Assembly (NCBI RefSeq): GCF_006345805.1
Contig: NC_043007.1
Coordinates: forward strand, 15,190,001-15,254,000
Direction: 5' to 3'
Length of the DNA stretch: 64,000 bases
DNA from: Octopus sinensis
Lineage: Eukaryota
Shown: positions 27,498-43,643 of the stretch, piece by piece
How positions within the stretch are numbered: position 1 is the stretch's first letter
Layout: the number at the start of each line of letters is the position of its first letter
Translations under genes and position numbers: made by a program
Notes under the pieces: generated by a model
The model's input: the letters and a program-made list of their open reading frames with translations, nothing else
Database searches by the model: none
Told to the model about the DNA's origin: nothing

Positions 27498-28230
27498 ATA
27501 TTCACACACATATAAATATACATACATATATACATGTATGTATATTTATATGTGTGTGAATATATATATATATTCACACATATAAATATACGTACATACT
27601 TACTTACATGTATGTATGTATGTATATATGTATGTATGTATGTTTGCATGTATATATATGTTTGTGTGTTTGTGTGTGTCTGTGTATACACACGCACACA
27701 TATATATATTGATTGTTTTTATGTTCAGTTATGATAAAAGCAGTTTTACATTAATCTGAAGGATTACTTCATACTTTTGTAGAGTAAAAATTTATTATTC
27801 TCCAACAAGAACAGTATAGACAGTAACTTTGGAGTTTTTGCCAGCTAAGCCATCATTGGGGTATGATGGGTTATTTATTTACGTTAATAACTGTTTTTAT
27901 ATTACGGAGATGTACTTGCATAGCAAGTGACCTGATATGTACTCGTGTGCTGGAACGAAAACAATTACAGCGTGGAAGGTGTTTATAAGCCATTTAAGAC
28001 ACACACAAAACCTGTTAGATTCACTTCAACATTTAAATTTAATTTGCCAAAATGTTTTCGTCGCTTTGAGGCCGCGACCTGTTCACTGACAAAATTCCGT
28101 GCTGCACGGAATTTTTATAATAATATCATTAATCTAAAAACAATTTGATTCGGCCTCATGCAAATTAAAGTTCCGTGCTGTCGTCAATCGAAGCTTTCTC
28201 CTCGGTTACCTAAGACTGACGCACCACACG

Positions 28231-28456
28231 CTTTTACTCTTTTACTCTTTTACTCTTTTACTTGTTTCAGTCATTTGACTGCGGCCATGCTGGAGCACCG
28301 CCTTTAGTCGAGCAAATCGACCCCGGGACTTATTCTTTGTAAGCCCAGTACTTATTCTATCGGTATCTTTTGCAGAACCGCTAAGTGACGGGGACGTAAA
28401 CACACCAGCATTGGTTGTCAAGCAATGCTAGGGGGACAAACACAGACCCACAAACA

Positions 28457-28505
<49 letters not shown>

Positions 28506-28674
28506 CATATATACGACAGGCTTCTTTCAGTTTCCGTCTACCAAATCCACTCACAAGGCATTAGTCGGCCCGGGGCTATAGCAGAAGACACTTGCCCAAG
28601 ATGCCACGCAGTGGGACTGAACCCGGAACCATGTGGTTGGTTAGCAAGCTACTTACCACACAGGCACTCCTGCC
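28231..28674 (-). mobile_element. SINE group S3 (full length)
   Basis: Colinear with 18105-18514; (CTTTTACT)n tail seen on the plus strand. Confidence 0.92.
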
Positions 28675-29051
28675 ATGTGTACTTTACGGGCACACGAAAC
28701 TTGAAGCTGCGTGAAGCCGAATGAAACTGTTATTAAATTATGTATGTATGTATGTATGTATGTTTGTATGTATGTATGTATGTATGTATGTATGTATGTA
28801 TATGGAACTGAGACCGAAACCATGTGATTGATTCTTGCCTACACATCCATACCTATGTGTGTGTGTGTGTGTGTGAGTGTGTGTGTGTGTGTGTGTATCT
28901 GTGTCTAATAAAGCTCAATGCTATATATGTGCGTGTATATATATAAACACACACAAGCACACATTAACGTACTTATATATAACAACGAGGGTAATTAAAC
29001 ATAGATAATAACAATAACAATAATAATAATAATAATAATATTAATATCAAC

Positions 29052-29400
29052 AATAATCCTTTCTACTAAAGTCACAAGGCCTGAAATTTGGGGTGGGGGA
29101 GAGGCCTAATCGATTGCATCGACCCTAGTGTTTCATTTGTAATGAATTTATAGATCCCGAGAAGATGAAAGGCAAACTCGACCTAAGCGAAATTTGAACT
29201 CAGAACGTAAGAACGGGCGAAATGCCGCTAAGCATTTTGCCCGGTTTGCTAACCATTCTGCCAGCTCGCCGCCTTAATAACAACCCGTTCTACTATAGGC
29301 ACAAGGCCGGAAATTTGGGTGGTGGTGGGGGAAGCAAGTTGATTATATCGACCCCAGTAATTGACTGGTACTTATTTCATCGCTAAAGGATGAAAGGCAA
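29052..29400 (-). mobile_element. Two adjacent SINE S1 copies (full 29052-29275, partial 29283-29400)
   Basis: Reverse complement of S1 head, core and tail. Confidence 0.85.
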
Positions 29401-29769
29401 ACTACCAGCAGAAGTAGTGGGGGAGCATCATAGCCACGTGTTGAAAAGAATTCTTTGCGGTTTGGTTTGTTCACCTTTGGAAACACGTGTGTTGTGTTCA
29501 ACATCCTTAAACAACTCTTATTCAAGGACCTTTTGAGCTGGTTTGGCTACTCGAACCGAAGAAAAGTCTAACTGCAAGCTCACGCACTTTTTATCTTCAT
29601 ATGAGGTCATCATATCGCGCACATATGGTTGTGGTACATGTGCCTGGTGTACCCTTATTAGACGGGTAATCATGATGAGTATACTGGGTTTCGTATATTT
29701 TACCCCAGTGTCATTTTGATGGCATGCCCTGTTCTCTCACTCAATAATATAATAATAATAATAATGATA

Positions 29770-30333
29770 ATTGTTTCAAATTTTGCCCCAAGGGCAGCAA
29801 TTTTGGGACAGGAGTTAGGGTGTTCAACTGGTACTTATTTTATCGACCCCGAAAGGATGAAAGGTATAGTCCACATCGGTAGAATTTGAACTCAGAACGT
29901 GGCGGCAGACGAAATACCTAATTCTTTACTACCCACAAGGGGCTAAACACAGAGGAGACAAACAAGGACAGACAAACGGATCAAGTCGATTATATCGACT
30001 CCAGTGCGTGACTGGTACTTATTTAATCGACCCCGAAAGGATGAAAGGCAAAGTCGACCTCGGCGGAATTTGAACTCAGAATGTAGCGGCAGAAGAAATA
30101 CCTATTTCTTTACTACACACAAGGGGCTAAACACAGAGGAGACAAACAAGGACAGACAAACGGATTAAGTCGATTATATCGACTCCAGTGCGTAACTGGT
30201 ACTTATTTAATCGACCCCGAAAGGATGAAAGGCAAAGTTGACCTCGGCGGAATTTGAACTCAGAACATAACGGCAGACGAAATACCACAAAGCATTTCGC
30301 CCGGGGTGTTAACGTTTCTGCCAGCTCGCCGCC
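29770..30333 (-). mobile_element. Head-to-tail SINE S1 multimer, 184-bp period
   Basis: One head followed by repeated bodies; junctions at 29918/9 and 30102/3. Confidence 0.9.
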
Positions 30334-30336
30334 TTC

Positions 30337-30370
<34 letters not shown>

Positions 30371-30864
30371 ACTCTAGCTACAGTCATAATATGTTTGACC
30401 AAAGAACTGCTTCATCAGACTTGACGGTGAAGTAAAGAAAAATCAACACCAATTATGTCCATAGTTCCGACACACAATTATTATTAATAAACGTTTGATG
30501 GCTTCTTAATCCGGATTGGGTTTGAGAAAGAGTCAGTTTTCGTTAATCTCTCACTGAAACTGTGTTAGGGTGGATAAATTGCAGGTCATTTCAATGTGAG
30601 TCTTTCAGTCCACTGTCGCACTGCGGTAGATTTGCGCATGCTCTTTATCTGTATGTACGTGTGTGCGTGTCTGCGTGTATGTATGCATGTAAGTAGGTAA
30701 GTTTTTTTAATTTTGTATATGTGTGAATGCGAGCATATGTATATATATATATGCACACACACACATATATATACATATATATGCATATGCGTATACATAT
30801 GAATATATATGTATATATATATATAGATACATATATATATATATAAATATAGATTATATATGTT

Positions 30865-30914
<50 letters not shown>

Positions 30915-30940
30915 TATATATACATATATATATACCTATT

Positions 30941-30982
<42 letters not shown>

Positions 30983-31649
30983 ATATAAATACATATATAT
31001 CTCTCGGTTTGTCAGCCTCATACTCCCTCTCCATCCCTCTGCCCCCCTCTCTCTCTATATATATATATACGTATATATAAGCATATCAATATATATGTAT
31101 GTCTATATACATGTAGGCCGTTTATAGTGATATATCATATATACATATAATATATATGCTATATATATATATATATATATGTATACATGTGTATATGTAC
31201 GTATACGCACACACACACACACACACACACACAGATATATATATACATATATAGATAGATTGATAGATATAGATATATATACGTATATACATACCTACAC
31301 TCAATTATACGTATATATAGGCGCTGCGTGTTTTTTATCAGTATTTTTCGGTAGCCTGTTCGCATGTGCTTTTGTACGTGTGTACATGTGTTTGTGTGTC
31401 TGTTCCGCTTTGATTTTCCTTCAGAAAACATCGGTGACTGAAAAGAACCAGATAGAAAATACTAATTATAATCAGCGTCTCCCTGTTTATTCTTATTATG
31501 TTTATGTTATTGTTTAACCACAGGACTGCCTTGATCCATTAGGCTTATGATGAAAAACATTTCGGCCCTAACCGTCCGTTTCTTTGTTGTTTTGTATATC
31601 CTAAGCCACTTTTCCCCTTTTGTTGAAGCAGCTGCGTGAGCTTTGAAAA

Positions 31650-32260
31650 TAATTTGGGCAGTTATTTCTAGCAGCTTGAGCATATTGACCGTTCATAGCT
31701 TGTTGGAGGAGATACAAGCTTCTGTCTTTTTAAAAATTATTCTTTTACTCCAATACGTTTACCGTTTCTCATTTTCAATGAACTACGAGCTAATGCTGGC
31801 GCGGTGCCTTCACATTCAAGAGCTTCAACGTCGACCAGAACTGCAGACCTATTCGCCGATAACGTTTCTTGCCGATACCGCTTAACTTTGCAAGACTGTC
31901 TTTTATTCCTTACTTACTTGCCCAAAAATTTCGGAATGCGTGTAAAGTCCTCAAATCTGCAAGGAACGAGTGGACTGCTTATATACCTGGTCGGTAAAAA
32001 AGAATCTCTACTACAATACAGTATGCTGTATTGCATGGCACTTTTCTGCTTGGGTTAGTTTGAGTCTTTTTAGTCGTTGGTTCTTAGTCGCCACACATCA
32101 GCATGACGCTGTTTCTCTCGACGTTTCCTTCATGAGTTCTTGAATTACGAGGGTGTTATACGTTAATCTAACCAGAGAAGACACGAATTTATAAAGAGGT
32201 TTGTCCAGGAAAATTCATCTGAAATTAGTTCATGTGGCTCTTTTCACATCGTTTCTAGAC
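31650..32260 (-). mobile_element. Possible very decayed Tc1-like transposase
   Basis: Ordered weak motifs ISDE, NSVMLMCG and FWSTLK resemble Tc1 FSDE, GSVMVWG and LWSILK; many stops. Confidence 0.3.
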
Positions 32261-32779
32261 GAGCTTTTTCATTCTGGACGAGAAACTAACTAAATCAGTT
32301 AGTTTCTCTTCTAGAGAGATTTATTTGGTCAACTTATTTCGTGGATCTTGCAAAGGGGCCAGCATTTGATGTTTTAAACTATCATTATTGTTCATGGAAC
32401 TGCTGTCGCTGCTGCAGAAAACTATAATATTTCGCGAGAATAAATGAAAGAACCCCCTCTGCTCTCCACAACTCTCTCTCTCCCTCTTCTCCCGGGATCT
32501 TCTTTTCGTTCCTATAAGAAAGATTTATTAAATTAAGGTTTAAATTGTAATGTAAACATTATTTTACTAGCATGGCCGCAGCTCTGAGCCGAAACTAAAA
32601 ATAAAAAAAAAAAAAGATATCGGTTCTTTGTAGAGGCTGGGAAAGAGAACAGACAGTCCTTTCTTTTAACGATCATTTTGAGAAAAATTACAAGGCATGA
32701 AATGTGTATTGGTGAAACTATAAACTATTTAATAATCACATGTTGAACTGGCATAATCTGTATTATAATAATGTGAGAT

Positions 32780-33060
32780 GATCAAGAGACAGTTCTACGC
32801 AGCTCTTACAAAAAGCAAAATCTCTTTTAAGTCTATAATAAATCGGAAGTTCTCGTGGGATAGCTCTGTATTCTTCAGGTATCATGGAACCCAGAATGTC
32901 GGTGCACATATCCCCGTACCTAGACTTGTTTCTGATAATCTCTGCCCTCATCATCTACTCCTACTTTTGAGAAGATGTAACGAACTCCACGTCAATATCT
33001 ATAGCCGTAGATCTAGCATTTCCGAGACCCGTATACTATAGATAGTTGTTTCGTGCCATA
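32780..33060 (-). mobile_element. Possible RTE-like APE endonuclease remnant
   Basis: GYVHRHSGFHDT resembles the GHVG...GFHGVH segment after GDFN in RTE endonucleases; otherwise degenerate. Confidence 0.3.
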
Positions 33061-33354
33061 GCTCATTATCGAGAATGGAAGAGTTATTTTCTATCAGGAG
33101 AAAGGTCATTTTAGAAATCTAGATCAGTAGGGATAGAAGATTGTAAGCGCACAGACGGGAACGGGTAGAGAGAGGAAAGAAAGGGTAAGAGGGAGAAGAG
33201 CGAAAGTGAAAGAGAAAGAGAGAGATAAGAGAAAGAATGATAGAAAGGGAAACTCGTAAAATAAGAGAGATGCTACACAGAGGTGTAGGAAGAAATAAAC
33301 AAAAGGTCTAAAATATTAAAAGAACGGAAATCTGAATAGAGAGAAAACCACGTA

Positions 33355-33445
33355 ATGCAGCAATGGCGGAGAGGTGAAAATGGCGTCATTTGTCTAAGGC
33401 GGGATGGACCGGTATTTTATAATGCACTTCCGTTCGTGTAAACAA
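33355..33445 (+). promoter_or_regulatory. Candidate core promoter motif cluster
   Basis: YY1-like CAATGGCGG (33361) and AAAATGGCG (33377), ETS site CACTTCCG (33425) and GTAAACA (33438) within ~85 bp of locally GC-richer unique DNA. Confidence 0.3.
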
Positions 33446-35355
33446 GGTGTTAAAGTCTTTCACATTATATTTAGGTATGCTTGTATGTGGAAAATAACAA
33501 AAAAAAAAAGGTTATGAACTAACTTAGAGTGCCTTACCAATACTGGACTTAACATTAAGGGAAAAGACGTTTGAGATGGATTGCACTGCGGGGTAGATTT
33601 GTCTCCATGGGGGGTTCCGGTTGGGTGTGTTAGTGTGTAAGAAATATTTTCCTGTACACACACACACACACACACCACACACACACACACACACGCACAC
33701 ACACACACACACACATACACAAACTCACACAAAAACACACATGTATATATATTATATATATATACATACATATCTATCTATTTATCAATCTATCAATCTA
33801 GCTATCTAGCTATCGACATATATACATAGACTCTATAGAAACCGAAGAAAATGAAAGACACATCGTTGCTTTGTTTGTCAAAACTCAGAACTATGAAGTA
33901 TTAAATAGTATATGGTTAGGGCAGAATTTGTATGTTGCAGCATTAATGTTAAAGTTATCTATCTCACATATATGTCTGCACTCAAAAAAATCAAATTTTG
34001 GCTACAAATTTTTATCAGAGACGAAAGTCAAAAGGAAGTCGTTTTCTTTAACAGAGATCACACGTGTCAATAGATTGTTGGTTAGAAATAAGAGCTACAT
34101 CTCTGAAGATCATATCTTGGCGGCTTTAAACATGATAATAATGATTTTTAAAAGTACTCAGGCATGTAGTTTAGATTTGAGGCTTCTAATACTCACTTCT
34201 GATGCTACTACGACTATAACGGCCTCTGCACCTCAGAGATGACTGGTTTTGGGCAACTTGCACTCAGGTCTGTTAGACTCTCTGTTCTTTCTACGTCTGA
34301 GTGGCATTCATAATATGTCTGTCACCCAGGAACTTGGGCAATCTGTTGAAATATGTTAAATGGTAAAAAGAGTTCACCAATAATGATGTACCGATAATTG
34401 TTAATCCATTAAAAATAATGTCGTAATCAATAGGAAATTCATAATTTCTAATGACGATTTTTGTCTTGGAGGTCAAGGGAGATAACTCTAAAATCTAAAC
34501 TGATTAAATTTTTTTTTAATACCGGAGCTCACCTACGGCTGAACACACAAATTTATATTTTCTAGTTGTTCGTGAAAGCACTACAAGAAATAGAAAGAGG
34601 AGCCAAGGAGGGAATGCTCTGCACGATCACTCGACCTGATAGAAATAGTATCTAAATTAACCTCAACTCACACCTTATCATCTTACATTAAAAAAAAGAC
34701 ACACCTGTCGGTTTTTGTCTATATATAAGTAATTCTATACACATGTCATATATTGTCAAAAAAAACAACAATATATATGACATAATTTTGTAGAAGACTG
34801 CCTGGACGGCAAGGTTTCTTGTAGAAATAATGGTTTCCTGCATTTTTTTTCATTCTTCATTTCATTTAGTTTCAGCTCATGAGCTGTGGCCATGCTGGGG
34901 CACCGCCATTTGATGTTGCTACATAATTTTATTTCACGAATGCTTTTTAGCAATTGATATTTGGTGCATGGATACAATGTTTGAAGACCGGGTAATGCAG
35001 TTGGATATATGACGCCGGGTACTTCATTGATACTTTATTTATATTAATCCATGAATGTTGTAAGGGGGAGACAACGTCCGTGGGATTTGAACTCCGATGT
35101 ACAAGGGCGAAACTAAAGATATTACAAGGAAATTTATTTCGACGCTTTAAAGATATAAGCAATCGTCTGCTTTCATACTTAAAAGAAATAATGATAACGC
35201 TTATATTAATTTACAACATTTTATTCCATCACTGGCATGTGCAAGCAAACGGTGGATTAAATAGCCGAGAATAATTTCAGATGGATAAGAATGATATCAG
35301 GCCTTATGCACGCTAAGTAATAGTAATAACGTTGGTGATAATGATGACGATGATA

Positions 35356-35421
<66 letters not shown>

Positions 35422-35525
35422 TAATAATAATAATAATAATAATAACAATGATAAGAATAATAATGATGTTGATGATGATGATGGTGGTGATGATGATAAT
35501 GATGATGATGATGATGATGATGATG

Positions 35526-37466
<1,941 letters not shown>

Positions 37467-38222
37467 TAATAGTCGTTTTTCATTTAGTCAGCAGTTTTGG
37501 ATGAGGAGCTTAGTCGATGTCATCGACCTTGGCACCAGAGTGATGCATTAGTTTATCCATCATGGAAGAATGAAAGGCATAGAAATTAGAAAGGAGAACG
37601 TAAGGATAAGGAACAAATACGCCAGGATATTTCTCCCGACGCTCTAACGATTCTTCCACTTTTTCACCCATAATGTTTATAACACGGGCACAGGTATTTG
37701 GGAGGAGAGTGTTAGTCTTTACCATCGACACCAGCACTTGCTCAATGCATTATTTTATACACTCCCGCGAAGGTTGAAACACTAAATTGACTTCAACAGG
37801 ATTTGAAATCAGCAGGTAAAGACCCTCAGCAAGTCTCGACGATTTAAGGATTCTGACAGTCCATTGTAACCCCGATTTGAAATCAGGCCTTATCACGCCT
37901 CGACTTGCTTTTCATGTCTCTTACTCGTACCTCGAACGTACAGAAGTGTGTGTATACTACTTTGGTAAGCAGAACACTAAAGGTCCACTCATTCTCGGAG
38001 AATAGTCCATGACCAACAATGCGGCCTTTAGCAAGAGTCTGCCCTCAAAGAACTCCTGTATTGATACTCAATTTCGCGGTCAACCAACGTGTGTCATTTT
38101 TTTCCGACTAATATTTAGGAGTGAGCAGTGAATTAATTTTCGGACAGCTACAATGTTAAGCGACTGCGTGATCTCAGGCTCTTTTCACAAGGTTATACAC
38201 ACTTTCTGCTTGGATTAGCAAT

Positions 38223-38264
<42 letters not shown>

Positions 38265-38287
38265 TCCTTCCTTCCTTCCCTCTTTCC

Positions 38288-38318
<31 letters not shown>

Positions 38319-38440
38319 TTCCTTCCTTCCTTCTTTCTTTCTTTCTGTCTTTCTTTCTTTCTTCCTTCCTTCCTCCCTTCCTTCCTCCCTTCCTTCTTTC
38401 TTTCTTTCTCTCTTTCTTTTTCTTTCTTTCTTTCTTTCCT

Positions 38441-38482
<42 letters not shown>

Positions 38483-38511
38483 TTTTTTCTTTCTTTCTTT
38501 CTTTCTTTCCT

Positions 38512-38571
<60 letters not shown>

Positions 38572-38572
38572 T
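38223..38572. repeat. (TTTC)n/(TTCC)n microsatellite
   Basis: Read directly; explains the KERK ORFs. A similar tract is at 26612-26720. Confidence 0.97.
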
Positions 38573-38574
38573 CC

Positions 38575-39200
38575 AAATCGACCTTTCACTCTCTATGCAT
38601 CTTCCCAACATTGCAAAACAATCTGGTGATATGACCGTAAGTGAGCATGAGCTTCATTAGCTTCTGTGTCTGACAACAAAAGGAGCATCATTCTCTAAGC
38701 TCCGCTGCTATTGATGCTGGCTTCATGGAGACTCTGTCCTTCTCGCCACAAATCAGTAACGCTTACGTCAACGCTGACTATCTGCTCATATCATTCAACG
38801 GAAGTAGCAAAGACTCAAGCATCCCCATCGTTTCTGATGGTTTTTGCGATATTTCACCCTCTCATATATCGGGGTATTGACCCATGAACGAGCATGCGAC
38901 ACACTGACACAACTTGTTTTTCTACCTCTATCGTCAGATTTAAACCCGATAAACCTCTTTGTATACGACCTGTGCCACATCTCACGGCCCTATTTTATTT
39001 TCTGAAGGCACAAGAAAAGACCCTGTAGCTTTCGTATTCAGGTTAAGCCACTTTCCTTCTTTATCGCGTTTCTGTGATAACTTCAGGCAATAATGCATCT
39101 GTTTCCATTATCATCTTCTGCTTGCTGTAATATCCTTTATAACGTTTGGTGGTTGCAAGGACCAAATCAGGCGTATACTCCTGCTGATATTAAGAATTCC
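38575..39200 (-). mobile_element. Possible decayed RTE-like LINE 3' coding region
   Basis: AAELRE...LTYGHITR resembles RTE S.ELR..L..LRWYGHV.R; rest degenerate. Confidence 0.35.
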
Positions 39201-39428
39201 CAAGACGTTCTTGCTTGGTAAAATATATATGTTGCTGTCGTTGCTGTAGTTGTTATTAAAGTTGTTATGACGTTAGCTGTTTTTATTCTAGTTCTTGTAG
39301 TACGAAACCTGTGCTGTCCCAATATGGCCATAATCTAATGACTGAAACAAGTACAAGATATAAATTAAAGATAGAAATGTTCACGTTATTCTTACTACTT
39401 AGGGAAATATCAAAAGAACTATCACTAT

Positions 39429-39639
39429 TACTCTTTTACTCTTTTACTTGTTTCAGTCATTTGGCTGCGGCCATGCTGTAGCACCGCCTTTAGTCGAGCA
39501 AATCGACCGCTGGACTTATTTTTTGTAAGCCCAGTACTTATTCTATCGGTCTCTTTTGCCGAACCGCTAAGTGACGTGGACGTAAACACACCAGCATCGG
39601 TTGTCAAGCAATGCTAGGGGGACAAACACAGACACACAA

Positions 39640-39670
<31 letters not shown>

Positions 39671-39842
39671 CATATATACGAGGAGCTTCTTTCAGTTTCC
39701 GTCTATCAAATCCACTCACAAGGCATTGGTCGGCCCGGGGCTATAGCAAAAGACACTTGCCCAAGATGCCACGCAGTGGGACTGAACCCGGAACCATGTG
39801 GTTGGTTAGCAAGCTACTTACCACACAGCCACTCCTACGCCT
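39429..39842 (-). mobile_element. SINE group S3 (full length)
   Basis: Colinear with the other S3 copies. Confidence 0.92.
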
Positions 39843-40150
39843 ATTGTTTATTCTTTTCAAATATGAGGTTATCTTGCTAAGAAATGCTCTTGTTACCTTC
39901 ATCTTTTGTAAGTTTAAGCTCCGTATTTTACGCTTGTGTCTGTTAAATTTGTTCAGGTGGGAATTCTTTACTTCTCCGAATATGAATGCGAAAAAGTGAA
40001 AATAAAAACGCCTTAAACCATGCATTTTTTCGTCCGAACTGTGAACGTTCATAGGTCCCCCTTTATACAATTGAGTTTACTAAGTATTACTTTTCTCTGC
40101 AACTTAATATAGTAAATCCATAATCTTTAGGAATAATAATAAAAATAATA

Positions 40151-40187
<37 letters not shown>

Positions 40188-40247
40188 TAGTATAATAATA
40201 ATAATAATATAATGATATATAATAATAATAATATAATAATAATAATA

Positions 40248-40288
<41 letters not shown>

Positions 40289-41349
40289 TAAGTGCAAAAG
40301 ATTGTCTTAACTGGTACATCAACGTATTGAGAAGAGCATTGTCGATGTGAGAACTGTTGCTGCTCATGTATTTTGATTAACTTAAAAAAAAAGAAAAAAC
40401 GAACTATTGAGTTTGGTTTAATGGCCTACCAATGTATACTATGAGTTTCTTTGCCCTAGGAGTCGGGAAGACACTCGGCAAGAAATGGAAGCATATTTGA
40501 AAGAAGAAAAAAAAAGTAATGATAATAATAATAATAATAATGATAATAATAAAAACGTCTGAATACTTCATCAGCAAATAATAATGATGATGATGATGAT
40601 GATTATGATGATGATGATGATGATGATGATGATGGTGATGATAATAATAATAATAATAATAATAACAATAATAATAATAATAATATAATAATAATAATAA
40701 TAATGATAATAATAATGGCTTCAAATTTTTGCACAAGGACAGCAGCTTTAGAGATGGCGAGTAAGTGGATACCATTGACCTCAGTAGTTGACTGGTATTT
40801 ATTTTATAGTTCCCGAAAGGATGGACGGCAAAGTTGACCTCAGCATTGTATGACCCTGTGTCCAAACAAAAGTAGCAAAATAACAATAACAACAACAACA
40901 GCAACAACAACAACAGTAGCAACAACAACAACGACGACAATGATGATGATGATGATATCTTTTATTGGACAAAGGAGCCCAAGTCATTGCAGACTGTTTG
41001 TTATAAAGACGGAATAATACATGGTGAGGATTAACGACGTGTACAAGATGGCGAAATGAGTAAAAAACCCAAAAACAAGTTAATAGATAATCGTAACTGG
41101 GAAAGGCATAGAAAGGTCCCTATGCCAATTTTGGGAGAGGGAAAAAACCCCTACAAATTCTGGATTATTCTTTCTGAGTTGAAACGCAGTCGATGTCAAT
41201 TATACCTCTCATTTCTCTGGTGTCGATAAAATTGAAGTACCAGTCTAGTACTGGGACCAGTTTAATCGGCGAACTCTTTCCACCCTCAGAATTGCTTGCC
41301 TTGTTCCTAAGCCAGCTAAACCATTATTTGTTTTTGTGTTCGTTGTAGT

Positions 41350-41757
41350 TGTTATTGCTATATTGATCCTGCTGCTGCTGTTGATGTTGAGCGAACAGTC
41401 TTCGTCCCAGAGCTCCCAAGATGGGAGAGTCCGAAACGTGGTCCTTTGCTATTCGTAAGACCCGCAGAAGAGAAAGCAGGTCAACCTCCGACACCGAGAG
41501 CATCGACGGATGGATGAATGCGCATCCAGGCTCAGCGGTTGCGTAGGAAGTCGGGGGACAAGAAACAAGAAGAAAGAGTGAGAGAAAGTTGGAGCGAAAG
41601 AGTACAACAGGGGTCGCCACCACCCCCTGCCGGAGCCTCGTGGAGCATTAGGTGTTTTCGCTCAATAAACACACACAACGCCCAGTCTGGGAATCGAAAC
41701 TGCGATCCTCCGACCGCGAGTCCGCAGCCCTAACCACTGGACCATTGCGCCTCCACA
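41350..41757 (-). mobile_element. SINE group S2 (core A, tail V)
   Basis: Head and core A as at 2601, then a unique GC-rich ~220-bp tail. Confidence 0.85.
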
Positions 41758-41993
41758 TGCTGCTGCTGGTGATGGTGATGATGTTGTATTCACCCTGGAG
41801 GTTAAACATGACTAAGATGATGATAAAACTAAATTTATACAATTACTTTAGCCATAATATTGATATGATACGTAATTGTAATGCAATTTTCGTTCTGCTG
41901 TATGAATTATGCATAAGTTTGATATCGCAATTATTAAGGAAATGCAATCCTGATGATATCGTATACTGGCAGAAATACAAATTCTTTTCCGTA

Positions 41994-43357
41994 GGGTATA
42001 ACTTTATATTTAATGTTGATATCTTGGCTACTGAGGATATGTAATATTGATATTATAAACATTAAGGATCTGAAATGTGGTTATTCTAGAAAACAGTCCC
42101 TCTTGAATCACACATTTTATTTAGTTGCTTTTATTTTTCCACATTTAATTTGTCTCATGTTTCATCACTCATCATTCATAATTAGTTCTGTTTTAAAAAC
42201 TCTTTCAAAATCAGTCACAGACCTATCATTATTGCCAGTCGATAAGAACATGAGAACATGGAATGAGTTTCTTTCAATTTTTAATTGTCAGCGTGGCTAA
42301 AAAATCTTATGTTCTGAAATTTGATTTTTTTCTGTGGGGTATAACATTATATTTAATGTTGATATCTTGGCTACTGAGGATATGTAATATTGATATTATA
42401 AACATTAGGATCTGAAATGTGGTTATTCTAGAAAACAGTCCCTCTTGAATCACACATTTTATTTAGTTGCTTTTATTTTTCCACATTTAATTTGTCTCAT
42501 GTTTCATCACTCATCATTCATAATTAGTTCTGTTTTAAAAACTCTTTCAAAATCAGTCACAGACCTATCATTATTGCCAGTCGATAAGAACATGAGAACA
42601 TGGAATGAGTTTCTTTCAATTTTTAATTGTCAGCGTGGCTAAAAAATCTTATGTTCTGAAATTTGATTTTTTTCTGTGGGGTATAACATTATATTTAATG
42701 TTGATATCTTGGCTACTGAGGATATGTAATATTGATATTATAAACATTAGGATCTGAAATGTGGTTATTCTAGAAAACAGTCCCTCTTGAATCACACATT
42801 TTATTTAGTTGCTTTTATTTTTCCACATTTAATTTGTCTCATGTTTCATCACTCATCATTCATAATTAGTTTCTGTTTAAAAACTCTTTCAAAATCAGTC
42901 ACAGACCTATCATTATTGCCAGTCGATAAGAACATGAGAACATGGAATGAGTTTCTTTCAATTTTTAATTGTCAGCGTGGCTAAAAAATCTTATGTTCTG
43001 AAATTTGATTTTCTGTTCTGTGGGGTATAACATTATATTTAATGTTGATATCTTCGTTACTGAGGATATGTAATATTGATATCGTAAACATTAAGGATCT
43101 GAAATGTGGTTATTCTGGAAAACAGTCACTCTTGAATCTCACATTTTATTTAGTCGCTTTATTTCTCCACATTTAATTTATCTCATGTTTCATCACTCAT
43201 CATTCATAATTAGTTTCTGTTTTAAAACTCTTTCAAAATCAGTCAAAGACCTATCATTATTGCCAGTCGAAGAGAATATGAGAACATTGAATTAGTTTCT
43301 TTCAATTTTTAATAGTCAATGTGACTGAAAAATTTTATGTTCTGAAATTTGATTTTC
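41994..43357. repeat. Tandem array of four ~342-344-bp AT-rich units
   Basis: GGGTATAAC unit starts at 41994, 42337, 42679 and 43023; identical ORFs recur at 42445 and 42787. Confidence 0.95.
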
Positions 43358-43643
43358 CTACGTCAAAAGAATGCTGGTAATGAATGTATAATGAATCTAA
43401 TTAATTTCTCCGTTATTTATGATTATACTGGAAGCAAAAAATAAATTAGTTTAAGTATGAATTTCTTGTAACTTTTAATCGTTTACGTGTTTCAGTCATT
43501 GATTGAGACATACCGAGGCACCGCCTTGAAGGTTTTAATCGAATAAATCGACCCCTGTTCTTAACTTTAAGGCTGGTGTTTATTCTATAGGTTTCCTTTT
43601 CCGAGCCGCTAAGTTACGTAGATATAAACAAACCAACACCATA

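Noticed and set aside
33871-34242. 123-aa ORF as a gene
   Set aside because: No recognisable domain or splice context; length is compatible with chance.
41994-43357. CRISPR-like array (also 50128-50400)
   Set aside because: Contiguous tandem units with no repeat-spacer alternation, in eukaryotic DNA with no cas genes.
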